Shown here piece after piece: positions 23,541 through 35,730 of a stretch of DNA of 38,925 bases. This DNA comes from Catajapyx aquilonaris. Lineage: Eukaryota. Position numbers and translations under genes: made by a program. The first letter of the stretch is position 1. Each line of letters begins with the position of its first letter. The notes under the pieces are model-generated. The model was not told the origin of the DNA and searched no databases. It worked only from the letters and a program-made list of their open reading frames with translations. The stretch spans positions 1-38,925 of the forward strand of contig KZ538953.1 of the NCBI GenBank assembly GCA_000934665.2, written 5' to 3'.

Positions 23541-24364
23541 GGGGCGTGAGACCGAATTTATTGCGGTGATTTGTCACACCCCTTTATGATCTCTGTATCG
23601 GTCGCGAGCTGATATGACATTTGACAGTATCTCTGCCGCCAAACAACACACCATCTGTCACATTTTCAATCTCCGAATGAGTGACAAACCCAGTGGAACC
23701 GAAAAATATCAAGTGATGAATCGGCAGTTCAAAAATAGTACCTGAAAATAGTACAATCAAAATTTTTTGACAAAAAAAGCTTGTTTTTGAACGTAGTTTT
23801 GTCATTTCCATGCTTGTTTACATAAATCCACCTCGATTTTCAAGAGTGGATGTAAAATTATGAACATGTTTTCCTATGCTTGCAGTACAGCTTTTCTGAT
23901 AACGAGTCCCCCAATTTTCTACCAATAGGATACCGCATCGAGTTTTAAGCGAATCGCTTAACTACATATCCCTGGATTAGCTATCCACGCTCGTCAACCG
24001 TATTGAAATCCGCGCAGATGGAACGAAATTACCCCCATCCATGGCAAAAATCTGGACCAAAAAAAAAGAAAAATCTGATGCCAATTTTTTTTTGCCCCGG
24101 ATAGATTCTATTTAAAAAGTACAATTACAAAGTATGACTAGGAAAAAGGCGATTATGGTAAATCCCAGATTTTGTTGAATGGATAATTTTAACCCCAAAA
24201 CGTGATTAGAAAGGCATTGGCCATAATTAGTTTAAAGACTTGACCTGTATTGGAAAAATATTTGTATTGTTTATTGGGAAATATTTTTCCATACCGTATT
24301 GGTAAAAATTTTCTTGTAGCTTATGTAGATTTCAAGCTAAAGTTTCCAATATAAGTGAAATTAA

Positions 24365-24932
24365 TTTCGGACAATAATAAATTTTTGGACAACAAAATAA
24401 TTTTTGTACAATATATTGGACACCAATATGTAATAATTTTTGGATAATACATCGGACAACATTGGACAAAACATTGGACGATGACCAATTTTTGGACAAT
24501 GAAATAAATTTTAGACAATATATTGGACACTATCACACCAATAAGTAATTTTTTGACAATACATGGGACACCAATGGATTGTCCAAAAATAATTTAGTTG
24601 TCCAAAAATATTATTTAGTTACTAAATTATTTTTGGACAATCCATTGGACGACGACCAATTTTTGGATAACTAAATAATTTTTGGACAATACATTGGACA
24701 CCAATATGTAATTTTTGGACAATACATTGGACACCAATATGTAATTTTTGGACAATACATTGGACACCAATATGTAATTTTTGGACAATGCATTGGACAC
24801 CAATAGGTAATTGGACAAAACATTGGACAACGACCAATTTTTGGACAGAAAAATAATTTTTGGACAAAACATTGGATAAAAAAATAATTTCTGGACAACA
24901 AAATAATTTTTGGACAATATATTGAACACCAG
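24365..24932. repeat. TTGGACA-based minisatellite with a 33-bp homogeneous core
   Basis: TAATTTTTGGACAATACATTGGACACCAATATG x3-4 at ~24677-24805, with degenerate flanks. Confidence 0.92.
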
Positions 24933-24949
24933 CTCCTATGAACTAATCT

Positions 24950-25293
24950 TTTTTTTTACGTTACCCTGTGCTAGGGCCATGGGTCCTTATAGGGGGGTGG
25001 GATACCACCATTTTCTTCAATATTCTATTTTTTCTACTTCACTCCGGTGCAAGGATGAAAGGACATGGGGAAGGGATAGGGGATTTTTGGGGAGGGAACA
25101 TGGGTGCAAGGTGCACGTCTGAAAACGGGTCATGTGCTGTTCCCCAGGAGGTTAGGTTGCCAGACACCTCCTTGGTGCAGGTCAGAGACCCTCCCGACGC
25201 AGGTGAAAGGAAAGTTCCCCGGGCGGGGATCGAACCTGGGGCCTTTCACTCAGCAAGCCGTGACGTTACCATCACGGCCACCACACCTCCCCC
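24950..25293 (-). mobile_element. tRNA-derived SINE, family B copy 1
   Basis: Minus strand begins GGGGGAGGTGTGGTGGCCGTGATGG with B-box GGTTCGATCC and ends in an oligo-A tail. 15-bp TSD CCTATGAACTAATCT (24935-24949 / 25294-25308). Homologous to 36088-36430. Confidence 0.92.
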
Positions 25294-27319
25294 CCTATGA
25301 ACTAATCTAATGAATATTCAGCGATTCAGGCTCGGTAAATGGGACACACCCATTTTGCCCTTATTATTTACTAATTATCATTAACTTTAAATATTTATTA
25401 GTGTCTATAAATTGTTTACTACCTGCACGATTACATATTTATTAACATACACAAACCGAATCCTGGCACCGAATCCAATAACATGAACAAACTCAACGAC
25501 TATCAGTGCTGCCACCTCCTAATCACTATCCTGGACACAAAAAATTGTCCCGTCCCCTTAAAATTGCCTGATCCCGTGAAGTGGACAGAATCTAATCTGG
25601 TTCCGGTTGATCGATAGCAGACTCCTGGCGAGGCCCTGCTGGGGAAATTCTCCTCAGCCCCATGTTGCAGCTTACCCAATTGTCCCGTTTACAGTGACGC
25701 GGGACACACACAGACACTTGAAGTGGGAGACACACCCTCACAGACTAATTTGGGGGAAAGCTAGGGAGAAAAAAAACATGGTGAATGGAGGGTTGGTTGA
25801 TGGCACTTCATCAGAGTGTGGGTGTCCTACATTTTAGGAATGTAATGAATTGTCACTCATTCGGGACGTGACGTAGGTCAGGGGTAACGTAAATAGTGGG
25901 TGTGTTGGGACATATTTCATGTCAATTGTCAACAATGTGTGAGGTTGTTGTGATACGAATTTGGTCGTTTGGTGGTGACCATTAGAATTCTGGACTGTGG
26001 ACATCGAGGTGGACATGGAAATGTGAAAGGTATAGCACATTTTCTATTCGAAATTATATGAGCCTATGTTTAAAAATGTAAACTTTTTGGAGGCAAATAA
26101 ACTATCTTCTATCCTGAATGGCACTGTTTAATCAATCATAAATATCAGCTTTAAATCATGATTTTCCAGGCCATGGACATTTGTAAACAGAACAGTAGCA
26201 AATCGATACTGTCGATCCTCAGGGGTTCGGACAGCCTGTGTCTAAACCACATTTTTTCCAACAAAAAAAAACAAAAATAAACTATGTACCATTTTGTAAA
26301 CATCTGCCTCCGGCTTCTATCCAACTTACAACCGATTTCAAATGCAGAAATGGGCCCTAGCCACCATCCCAAGCTCCATCCTTGATATCTCCCGCCATAT
26401 GTTACACTTCCATAACACTTCTCTTAATGGTAACCAACGATTCCCGAGCAAACGGAGCGGAGGTTTTACGGTGCCATATGGACTTCCCAGATACCCCATA
26501 ACATCCCAACATCTGCTTACTTGAGGAATTTTCAGCTGCTCTGATGGCCTATTAGCTTTGCCATTAGGCTGAAACATGGAAATCATGACAAATGGTTGGA
26601 GAGGTCTACGGCTTTCCCGTTTTATCTCTTTGAATGGGTAGGGACCTCCAGGCCCTCCTTCCAAAAACGGGAGGCAATTTGGACCAAATGCACGTGTCCG
26701 AATTGCTCTTTTGGCATACTTGGCTGTTTCTTATCTACAGCTTAAAGAAACCATGGTAAATCACAAGTTGATCCCTATTATGGACACTATGGTGGAAGAA
26801 TTCCATTATAATCACATCCGATATTGGACACTCGTTATCCGCACAATTTGCGTCATGGTATGAAGCAAACACTTGACCGACATGATACCTACCACTCCAG
26901 GTCTTGCAAACACGTGACAAAAGTGGTGGATACAGAGGTTGCAGCACTGATGGGCAGTAGAGGAGGTGGGGAGAGGCGGGGCAGAAAAACGGGAGGCAAT
27001 ATATATCCGGGTGCTCATCGAATGTCAAGTAGTCACGGTGGGGAAAATCAATCTGTGGGGTAGTAGCATAGAGCGCGCGCATCTGCAAAGACACTTAACC
27101 TCGTCCTATACTATACCCATTCTATGCATCCGGTATGTTTAGTACACTGTGAAAGGTCACTGTAGATGCCTGTCCGACACATCATTTGATAGAATTCATA
27201 CAACATGGTACAATCAGTCTCCATATCGTCTCACAATCTTGCCACATCTCTACGTATATCATCTCATCTTACCATACCACACTTCACTGCATCATGCCAA
27301 CCACATTACACCCCACATC

Positions 27320-27500
27320 ACCCCTCACCACATCACTCCTCCACCACATCACTCCTCCACCACATCACTCCTCCACCACATCACTCCTCCACCACGTCAC
27401 TCCTCCACCACGTCACTCCTCCACCACATCACTCCTCCACCGCATCACTCCTCCACCGCATCACTCCTCCATCACACCTCACCGAATCACACCACACCTC
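27320..27500. repeat. 16-bp minisatellite CATCACTCCTCCACCA, ~9 copies
   Basis: Exact 16-bp periodicity from 27331. It explains the His/Pro/Thr-rich ORFs. Confidence 0.95.
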
Positions 27501-28564
27501 ACATAATATGATCTCATCTCATTTCACTATATCCACTCCATTGCGCAAATTTCATCTCGTTACACCCATACGTTGCCCATACCCATATGGTCCAGTACAG
27601 ACAGAAAAAAAAATCTCCAGATTACAGTTCGCATTAAACTGAAAAAAGTGACCATTACTAAACGGAAATCTCTCTCTCCCGGTATACTATTTTTTCCTAG
27701 TGGTTTCACGTACGTAATGGGGCTTTTGACCCGAGGCGTTACGAAACTAGAGCACTCCATGTACTGCACACACAAGATGAATGTAGGAGTCGGCTCTAAT
27801 TACAGGATCGCTCTTTACGAGGCAAGAGATCGCTCCTTTTTTTTCAAAAAAAAGTTTTTTTTCCCTAACTGGACGGACGCTAACGAATTTAATCAGGAAG
27901 CGTGTGATTAAAGCGGCCAAGAGCTACTAGGCGGGGTGTGTGAGGTTAACCCAGAGTGGACTATACGTGACCTTAAACGGCTTTTTATGAATAGGGGGAC
28001 TCAGATTTTTCATATATGCTCAAAACATGTCGAGCAACTGCATAGAGCGCCATTTTCTTAATAAAAGCTTGGAAATGTTCAAAATTATAAGCCATCTGTT
28101 ACAAATTGAAATCTTGAATCTTATTAAAGATTTCTGGCATACCACTTTTGAATTGGTTCTTGGAATCGGGGACTTAAAATATGAAGTCGGGAGCTCATTA
28201 ATAATAAAATTAATAACGCGAAAGTCTGACTGTAAGTTTATTAGAAAACTGAGCTGCTTATATTTTTAAGAACTTTTTTTTGCTTTTGCAGAAGGTCGTC
28301 TTTTTTTTGAACTTCATGCAGTGCTACCGCAAGACACCAGTCTGGACAGGTATCAAAAGACCGACTTTCCTGTCGTTGAATATTTGATCCTGAATTTATT
28401 CGAACGTTGGGATTTCATTACTGATACCGTCTTCGCTATTAAGGTGTTACGGCCGGATAAAAGTGGAAGGATTTGAAGTATAAAAAAAAGGAGCTGGAAA
28501 GATCGAACATTTTCTACAGTTCTCAGAATGTTACATGGTATAGTAGGAATCAGAACATGAAGGA

Positions 28565-29132
28565 CTTCAAAAAAATGGTAGAGCTGTAAATTGCAACAGT
28601 GCAAGGGTTTGGACTGGTCATGGTAGGAGGGGGTCAGATAACTGAGACCCTTCCTAATCTATCCTCCTTGGGCTTATAGCAGATGGGGTAGTGGACCTTC
28701 TAAACTAATCCGACAACTTTTTTAAAGACGCACCTTTGTTCATTTTTGACAGCAAATATGAATTCTAAGGTGTCGAAAACCTATATTTTCATACCTGATT
28801 CATACCAAGCATGTCAAAAGTAGATCTAGCATGATTCACTTCAGCAAGTTTTCTTAATATACACATGGGTTTCCGTGGGCCTGTTTGTGACACGCCTGGT
28901 ACGAATCGAGTATGAAAAGTTCGACACCTTAGAATTCATATTTGCTGTCAAAAATGCAAAAAGGTGTGTCCTTAAAAAATTTATCGGATTATTTTAATAG
29001 GTCCACTTCCCCACCTGCTATAAGCCCGAGGAGGGTAGATTAGGAATGGTCTCACTTATCTGACCCCATCCTACTGTGGCCAGCCCAAACCTTTGCACTG
29101 TTGCAATTTACAGCTCTACAATTTTTTTAAAG
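28565..29132. mobile_element. Large foldback/palindromic element (~250-bp imperfect arms, ~70-bp spacer)
   Basis: TAGAGCTGTAAATTGCAACAGTGCAA / TTGCACTGTTGCAATTTACAGCTCTA and CATTTTTGACAGCAAATATGAATTCTAAGGTGTCGAA / TTCGACACCTTAGAATTCATATTTGCTGTCAAAAATG, collinear throughout. No clear TSD. Confidence 0.85.
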
Positions 29133-30287
29133 ATACATATGACTTGTGTACTTGTGTACAGTACAATAATTTCATCTAGAAGTGAAAACATGAGATTAAA
29201 ACATCTGCCATTCCAGCATTTTCTTGACTTAATAACCAAGAGTGATGCATGGTGGCTTTCCAGAAGCTAAATTAGAATCCCTAATGACCAACCTGTGCCT
29301 TGCCACTATGGTCGAGGATACATTTTGATGCGTACCTGAAGGGTAAAGTCAACAACTTAAAATGCGACGTAAAACTTAATGAAGTTAGTTGTCAAAGGCA
29401 AAAGCATACACGCGTGTTGCCTTTGCTTACGTTTACAGCTCAGTGGAGGGAAATATTTGCCTTCAGAACACTGAGCTTTCATCAAAACGTGAGCTATACG
29501 AGAGAGAAAATACAACATGGCTCAAAATCCTGAATTTCATGGAAAAAAAAAATCAGGAAAAGAGAACCGGCCAGGTTCTGTAACAATCACCAGAGAAGCC
29601 TGGGGGTTCAAACAGAGGTATTTGCAAAAGCAAGCGAGGTTTTCATTCCATTTTACCATCTTTCTCTCCACCCGGGGCTAGGAACACATTCTCATCACTA
29701 TACACATTTTTCTGTGCGATTACCAACTTTGTGCTCTATATTCCAACAATTTTATGGATCTCTATACAAAAGTGGTGCGTCAAATATAGACTTTATTCAA
29801 GATAACGTCTATTCAGAGAGAAAGTTTGTACTCGACCTCCACACTATTTGTTCCCTAGCTCCACGGGAAGGAATCGATGCCTCCACATTTGGTCCTACCG
29901 AGGCCTGGAGGCCGACAACCTAAAATTTGTCTGCGTCATGTTCAGCTACTGCAGTTGTTCCTTAGGAATATTCGCACTCTGTACGTTACAAATGATCTAT
30001 AATAATGAAACACTGTTTCAATGTTTACCGTTGTAATATTCTACTTAACGGTCACAAGTATTTTCTTCCTAATACTGTATCTGCATGAAGCATATGATGA
30101 TATTATACAGGTAGACATAAAAGAATGCAAAAGAATACAACGGAATACACAGAATACCAAAGAATGGAAAAGAATACAACGGAATTTTATATTCTTTTGT
30201 GGGTGGTCATTCCATGGTAACGGATGAGACAAAAATATAGATTTTTGTGTTTTCAAATTTAAATTCTGTTGATATCAACATGTTTTA

Positions 30288-30446
30288 GGCCGGGTTGCAC
30301 CGACTCCCGGAAAATTTATCAGTCCGAAAAAGAGCCAGGATAGTTTATTATTGATTGTTGACAGAATTGTTGGCAACAATCAATACCAAACTATCCTGGC
30401 TCTTTTTCGGACGGATAAATTTTCCGGGAGCCGGTGCAACCCGGCC
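30288..30446. mobile_element. Palindromic PIF/Harbinger (Tourist)-like MITE, 159 bp
   Basis: Near-perfect ~75-bp arms GGCCGGGTTGCACCG... / ...CGGTGCAACCCGGCC, with a 3-bp TTA TSD on both sides. Confidence 0.9.
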
Positions 30447-30458
30447 TTAGAATGTTAT

Positions 30459-30732
30459 GTTTGTTTGTTTGTTACCCCGTGATAGAGCTCGTGGCCCTCT
30501 TAGGGGGGAAGGGGAAGTTCCCAAGGGAGGGCGCCGTGCGATACCCATTTCTGACATTCTCTAACACTAGACATTTTCTCCTGGCCCCGAGCAGAGAAGG
30601 GAGTGCAATTCTGCTCCGGCATGTCGGGAGAAAAGCGGAAAAGACTCGGCCAAGCAGAGGTGATGGGGACGGGATTTGAACCCCGGCCTCCCGCTTGGCT
30701 GGCCAGTGGGGTAACCTCTAGACCACCATGCC
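30459..30732 (-). mobile_element. tRNA-derived SINE, family C
   Basis: Minus strand: GGCATGGTGGTCTAGAGG (A box), GGTTCAAATCC (B box), distinct body, tail CCCCCCTAAGAGGGCCACGAGCTCTATCACGGGGTAA followed by (CAAA)n. TSD not clear. Confidence 0.8.
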
Positions 30733-30905
30733 ATGTAACATTGTAAGGGCAACAAAGTCATGATGTTAAGAGTTATGAAATTTATGTTGGTAATTTATGT
30801 TTTAACATGGTGATTTAATTACATTAAGTAGGGTAACAGACGGGATAGGAAATGGACATGCATCTGAATTGTAGCACATATAAATAGTAAATCTGTTCTC
30901 TTGAA

Positions 30906-31157
30906 ACCGAAGCAGGTTGGTGTAGGGGATAAGGAATCGGCTAATCGGGAGGTCCTGGGTTCGAATCCCGGGGCCGGCGACCCTGACCATGGTTTTCTGT
31001 GGTGTTCCATGGTCCCCTCCAGGACAATTACTAGGTAAAAAGAGGCCACAGCCGCTTCCTTCCTTCCCTATCCCTGGTCCCATCCAATGGTGGTAATCCA
31101 CCCCCCTAAGGGAGCCAAAGGCTCTAGCACGGGGTATGATAAATATAAATTTTTAAA
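30906..31157 (+). mobile_element. tRNA-derived SINE, family A copy 2
   Basis: Highly similar to 14032-14297. 17-bp TSD AAATCTGTTCTCTTGAA (30889-30905 / 31158-31174). Confidence 0.93.
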
Positions 31158-31254
31158 AAATCTGTTCTCTTGAACATATCAGAAATAATTTTTTCAGTAT
31201 GTAGTAGAGGCAGCGCCGGATTTACCCTCCCCCCTCCCCATCCCGTGTACCGCT

Positions 31255-31465
31255 TTAAAATTCCATTTTTCTCTTGCGTTCCCTCCTACATTTGATTAGA
31301 TTTTATTTAAAAAATTATATTATAACCTATGGCCTGCCCGGAGGGCATAAGGTTACAATATAATTTTTAAAATTCCATTTTTCTCCTGTGTTATCTCCTA
31401 CATTTGATTTGATTTATTTAAAACAATTATATTGCAATCTATGGCCTCTACGAAGGGCGGCCACC
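31255..31465. repeat. ~112-bp tandem duplication containing a 59-bp hairpin (31310-31368)
   Basis: TTTAAAATTCCATTTTTCTC...CCTACATTTGATT appears twice. Arms AAAAATTATATTATAACCT / AGGTTACAATATAATTTTT match at 18/19 positions around GCCCGGAGGGC. Confidence 0.7.
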
Positions 31466-31522
31466 CTTCGGCAATTACCGACAAAAATATGGATTTTATG
31501 TTTTCAAATATAAAATCGGTAT

Positions 31523-31856
31523 CAGGGGCGGATCCAGACTTTCGATCCGGGGGGGGGGGGGGGGNNNNNNNNNNNNNNNNNNNNNNNNNNNNNNNNNNNN
31601 NNNNNNNNNNNNNNNNNNNNNNNNNNNNNNNNNNNNNNNNNNNNNNNNNNNNNNNNNNNNNNNNNGGGGGGGGTTCAAGGTGACACGAGCTTAGGTGAAT
31701 GTGGGTGATTTGAATGGGTGTGTACAGTATTTGATTAACTTTTTCTAAAAAAAATCATCCTAATTTGCAGATTAAAATTTAGAAAATATTTTACTTCCCA
31801 CGGTTTGGGGGGAGGGGGGGTCATGACCCCCGTGACCCCCCTTGGATCCGCCCCTG
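31523..31856. mobile_element. hAT-like MITE (CAGGGGCGGATCCA termini) spanning an assembly gap
   Basis: 14-bp TIR; 8-bp TSD ATCGGTAT / ATCTGTAT; internal poly-G with an N gap at ~31565-31665. Confidence 0.85.
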
Positions 31857-31874
31857 ATCTGTATGTATCAAAGT

Positions 31875-32059
31875 CAAGGGGTTAGCAACTCCCCAGAAAA
31901 GTGCACACCATATCCTGGAACCGGGAGGTTCCACCCGGTTCCATGCGGTTCCATCCGGTTCCATCCGGTTCCAGGCTAGTTCCAGGCTGGTTCCAAGCCG
32001 GTTACACCTGGTTCCTTGGCCAGTGTGTACACCGGTTCCAGGTAGTTTCTAGCCCCTTG
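31875..32059. mobile_element. hAT-like MITE with internal GGTTCCA repeats
   Basis: Imperfect TIR CAAGGGGTTAGCAACT / AGTTTCTAGCCCCTTG; 8-bp TSD ATCAAAGT / ATGAAAGT. Confidence 0.75.
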
Positions 32060-33722
32060 ATGAAAGTGTGATGATGATTTTCTTGCTTAAACATTGCCAT
32101 CTTCACAGAAACTGTATACTTGTAGACTCCTATCTCTAAGTCTATCTATCTGCTGACCCCAATTTTTTCTCTGATCACTCACTTCAATTAACTTTCTCAC
32201 CGCCTTTCATAATTCATACTCTCATACTATCAAACTCTATATAAAATATAATTTCCGCTCTCTGCTGAAGCGACTCATTAAAGTACAACCTTTCCTTCCG
32301 GCGATGCTTTGGCAAGATTGCTTTTTTCCTTTGATCGATCTCCTGAAGGAGTGGACGAGGAAGAATGCCGAGGAGCAAAGAAACCCAGGGTTTGAAAATG
32401 GAGAAAGAAGGTGGACGAACCAAGTCCGGTCCAGGAAAACCTGATGGAGCCTGACTGCTGTTCATTTCGAGCTTTACGAGCCAGAAGAATTGAGAGCGCT
32501 TTGTCGGCTAAGGTTTGGCGCTGGATTCGCCCAACTTGGCTCCGGTAATTGTCAGAAATCGGCCAAGAAAACGAACAGCTCTCCCCTTCTCTTTCCCCCC
32601 CTCCCCATCCCTTCGTCTCCTCCTCCCGCTACTTTGGGATGTGAGCTGCACTTGATGGCGGCACCAGCTGGCGCCAGAAAAGAAAAAGAATAAGGAGGGA
32701 AGGGAGGTAGGAAAAGTCATTGCCTGATTTGTAGCTCATAATTTCTTAGACCCTTCGCCCATTTTTTATTCTGGAGAATTCAGGTTGGGGCGCCCATTTA
32801 ACGCCAACGACCCTTGGGGAGAGGCGGGGAGGGAGGAAAAGGAAAGTTTTTTTATTATTCAACTGGTGGTGTGGGGAGGAGAGATCCGATTTATTGCTAG
32901 GATCTGCTGTTGACAAGTTTCAGGTTTATAATGTTTCGGATATAAAAAAGAAGAAGAAGATAATGCTGAGAAGGTTTGGAAAAATATGAGATAAATCAAG
33001 GAAGAGCATCAGTACTGCATAAACCAGCTAATATTTTTACAGTACTTGAAAGTAGTTCCAAGCCTGCCTCTGAAGTAGCAAATAGGACTTCTGAAGCCAG
33101 CATTTATCACAATATTCTATGAAATTTTGTTCAAACTGTGATAATTTTCCCATATTTCGTCACTTTCGTAAGGAAATCCTGACTGACCCCTGACCTCTGA
33201 CTAATTGAAAATTAACTTGAATTTTTTAAAAATAAACTTTCAATTTTGTGAGAAGTGTTCCACCCAAGTTATATTATCATGTCACAAATTTTATACGTGC
33301 GCCACACGCCGCCATGTTGCGTCAAGTCCACGCTGACCTCTGACCCATGACTAACTTGAATTTTGTTCAATATTTTGAAATAAATTTTCTATGAACGTGA
33401 TACATTTTACATGCGTTCCAGCCTAGTTACATTATCACGTAGCAAATTTTAAACGTGGATCGTACGCCGTGTTGCGTCAAGTCCTAGCTGACATCTGACC
33501 CATGACTAACTTGAAATTAATTTTTAAACATATTTGGTATTCCATTTTGAATTGTTTCGAAATATTCCATTAAATTCAAATTTTCAAGTGTGGGTGAAAC
33601 TGTGATGATTTTTCAAAATTTCATACACTTTCCTTAGTAATTAATGGCTGACCTTTGACCTCTGACCTGATAATTAATTTGGAAAAATGTGTAAAAACTC
33701 TCAGTTTTTAACAAGGGGTTAA

Positions 33723-33868
33723 CCACTTCAGTACTCTGGTGTACACCTGCAGTGGTACTCCCAGGTACTCCTTAGGTACCTTTACTCTTTGGTACTCCTT
33801 GGTACTCCTTGGTACTCCTTGAATTTTGGTACTCCAGTGTTGGCAGTGTACACTTTACAGTCAAGTGG
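33723..33868. mobile_element. Putative TTAA-targeting (piggyBac-like) MITE with internal GGTACTCCTT repeats
   Basis: TTAA|CCACTT ... AAGTGG|TTAA. The TIR is short, and the element interrupts the satellite. Confidence 0.55.
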
Positions 33869-34190
33869 TTAATATCTTGGCTTTTAACGTCCTTTTCTGA
33901 AACATGTTCCACCCAAGTTACAGCCATATCGTAAATTTTAAGCGCGCGATTCACGCCGTGCTGCGTCAAGTCCACGCTGACCTCTGACCCATATCTAACG
34001 TGATATGAAATTTAAAACATATTTTGTAAACCACTTTCCGCCACTTTCCATATTTGAATATGTCCTTTGGTGAGACATGTGTTCCACCCACGTCACAAAT
34101 TATTTAACGCGCGTCACATGCCGTGTCGCGTGCAGTCCACGCTGACCTCTCGCCCATGACTAACTTAAAATTATATCTAAAAATATTATA

Positions 34191-34458
34191 ACCGAAGCAT
34201 GTTGGTGTGGTGGTTAAGGATTCCGACTGCTAATCGGGAGGTCCTGTGTTCGAATCCCGGGCCTGCGATCCGGACCGTGGTTTTCTGTGGTTTTCCACTG
34301 TCCTCCCAGGACAATTCCGGAATCGTTTCCGTATAATAAGCCCCAGCCGCTTCCTTCCTTCCCTATATCCTTGGCCCCCATCCAATGGTGGTATTCTACC
34401 CCACTAATGGAGCGCCGATTCTCCCAATGGGGTAAAATAAATAAATAATAAATAAATA
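34191..34458 (+). mobile_element. tRNA-derived SINE, family A copy 3 (diverged subfamily)
   Basis: Same head and body as 14032; (AAAT)n tail; 13-bp TSD ATCTAAAAATATT (34175-34187 / 34459-34471). Confidence 0.92.
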
Positions 34459-35730
34459 ATCTAAAAATATTTGTAAGAAATATTCAACGCTTTTTTAATG
34501 TTGTGAGACATACTGTACGGTATGTTCCATCCGAGGTACAGGATCTCGTCACAAATGTTTTAACTCGCGTCACACGCCATGTTGCGTCAAGTCCACGCTG
34601 ACCTCTGACTCTTAACCTGCAAATTAATTTTTTATATGTTTTAAGAAACTTTCCGCTAATTTGAGAAACATATGTTCCATCCAAGTTACAGGATCACATC
34701 GCAAATTTTTTAACTCGCGTCACACGACGTGTTGCGTCATGTCCCCGCTGACCTCTGACCCTGATTAACCTGAAATTTTTGAAATGTTTTAAGAAACTTT
34801 CCATTAATTTGAGAGACATATGTTCCACCCAAGTTACAGGATCACATCGCAAATTTTTTAACGCGCGTCACACGCCGTGTTGCGTCATGTCCACGCTGAC
34901 CTCTGACCCTGACTAACCTGATAATTAATTTTTTATATGTTTTAAGAAACTTTCCGCTAATTTGAGAAACATATGTTCCATCCAAGTTACAGGATCACAT
35001 CGCAAATGTTTTAACTCGCGTCACACGACGTGTTGCGTCATGTCCACGCTGACCTCTGACCCTGATTAACCTGAAATTTTTGAAATGTTTTAAGAAACTT
35101 TCTATTAATTTGAGAGGCATGTGTTCCACACAAGTTACAGGATCACATCGCAAATTTTTTAACGCGCGTCACACGCCTTGTTGCGTCCAATCCACGCTCT
35201 AATTTGTGTATTCCATCCCTCCGGAAAGGGAATTGACGCTGTACTTAATAACACGACACCCCAGTCCGCTGAGAGAAGAGCAACGAGTTTGAAAAGTGAG
35301 TCCTCTTGAAAATACTCAGTGCTCAGTAATTTCACACTTCGTTATAACCGTCGTAATTGAGTCTGCCGAGCCTTAAGCGTACGTCCCCTTGCTCATTGTG
35401 AAAAGGTCCACAGGTCATCTGCAGGGGAAAGACAAATTGCTCCCCGATAACGTAATCTAAAAGTGGTTCAGCAAGCGGAAATGCATGTCCGAGCCTTGAA
35501 GCGGTCTCTAGGTGTTAAAGTTAAGAGGATAGATTCGGGTTAATCAGAAGATTAAATAGGACGCTGATTATTTGTGGGGTTGATGGAATAGGTGGTACGG
35601 AGTTGATCGAATGATGAAGTGTTTCCTCCAGGTTCAGTTGACATTTCAGGACATGGACGACCATAGCACACTTTTTAGGAATTCTATCAATGCTCTAGTG
35701 ATGAACAATACAGCAACAAATATGGAAATA

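Larger units (their letters stand above)
33150..35200. repeat. ~150-bp satellite with an AB-AB dimeric higher-order segment, interrupted by a MITE and a SINE
   Basis: GTTCCA.CCAAGTTAC...CACGCC.TGTTGCGTCA.GTCCACGCTGACCTCTGACCC recurs about 9-10 times, spaced ~148-153 bp from 34591. Confidence 0.92.

Noticed and set aside
27149..27642. His/Pro-rich ORFs
   Set aside because: Products of a 16-bp minisatellite, whose unit is not a multiple of 3.
31549..31673. Long poly-G / G-quadruplex candidate
   Set aside because: It spans an N gap, so the true length and sequence are unknown.
32290..32342. Possible minus-strand 53-nt exon after a polypyrimidine/TTCAG acceptor
   Set aside because: Weak donor, very short, and no recognisable homology or partner exons.
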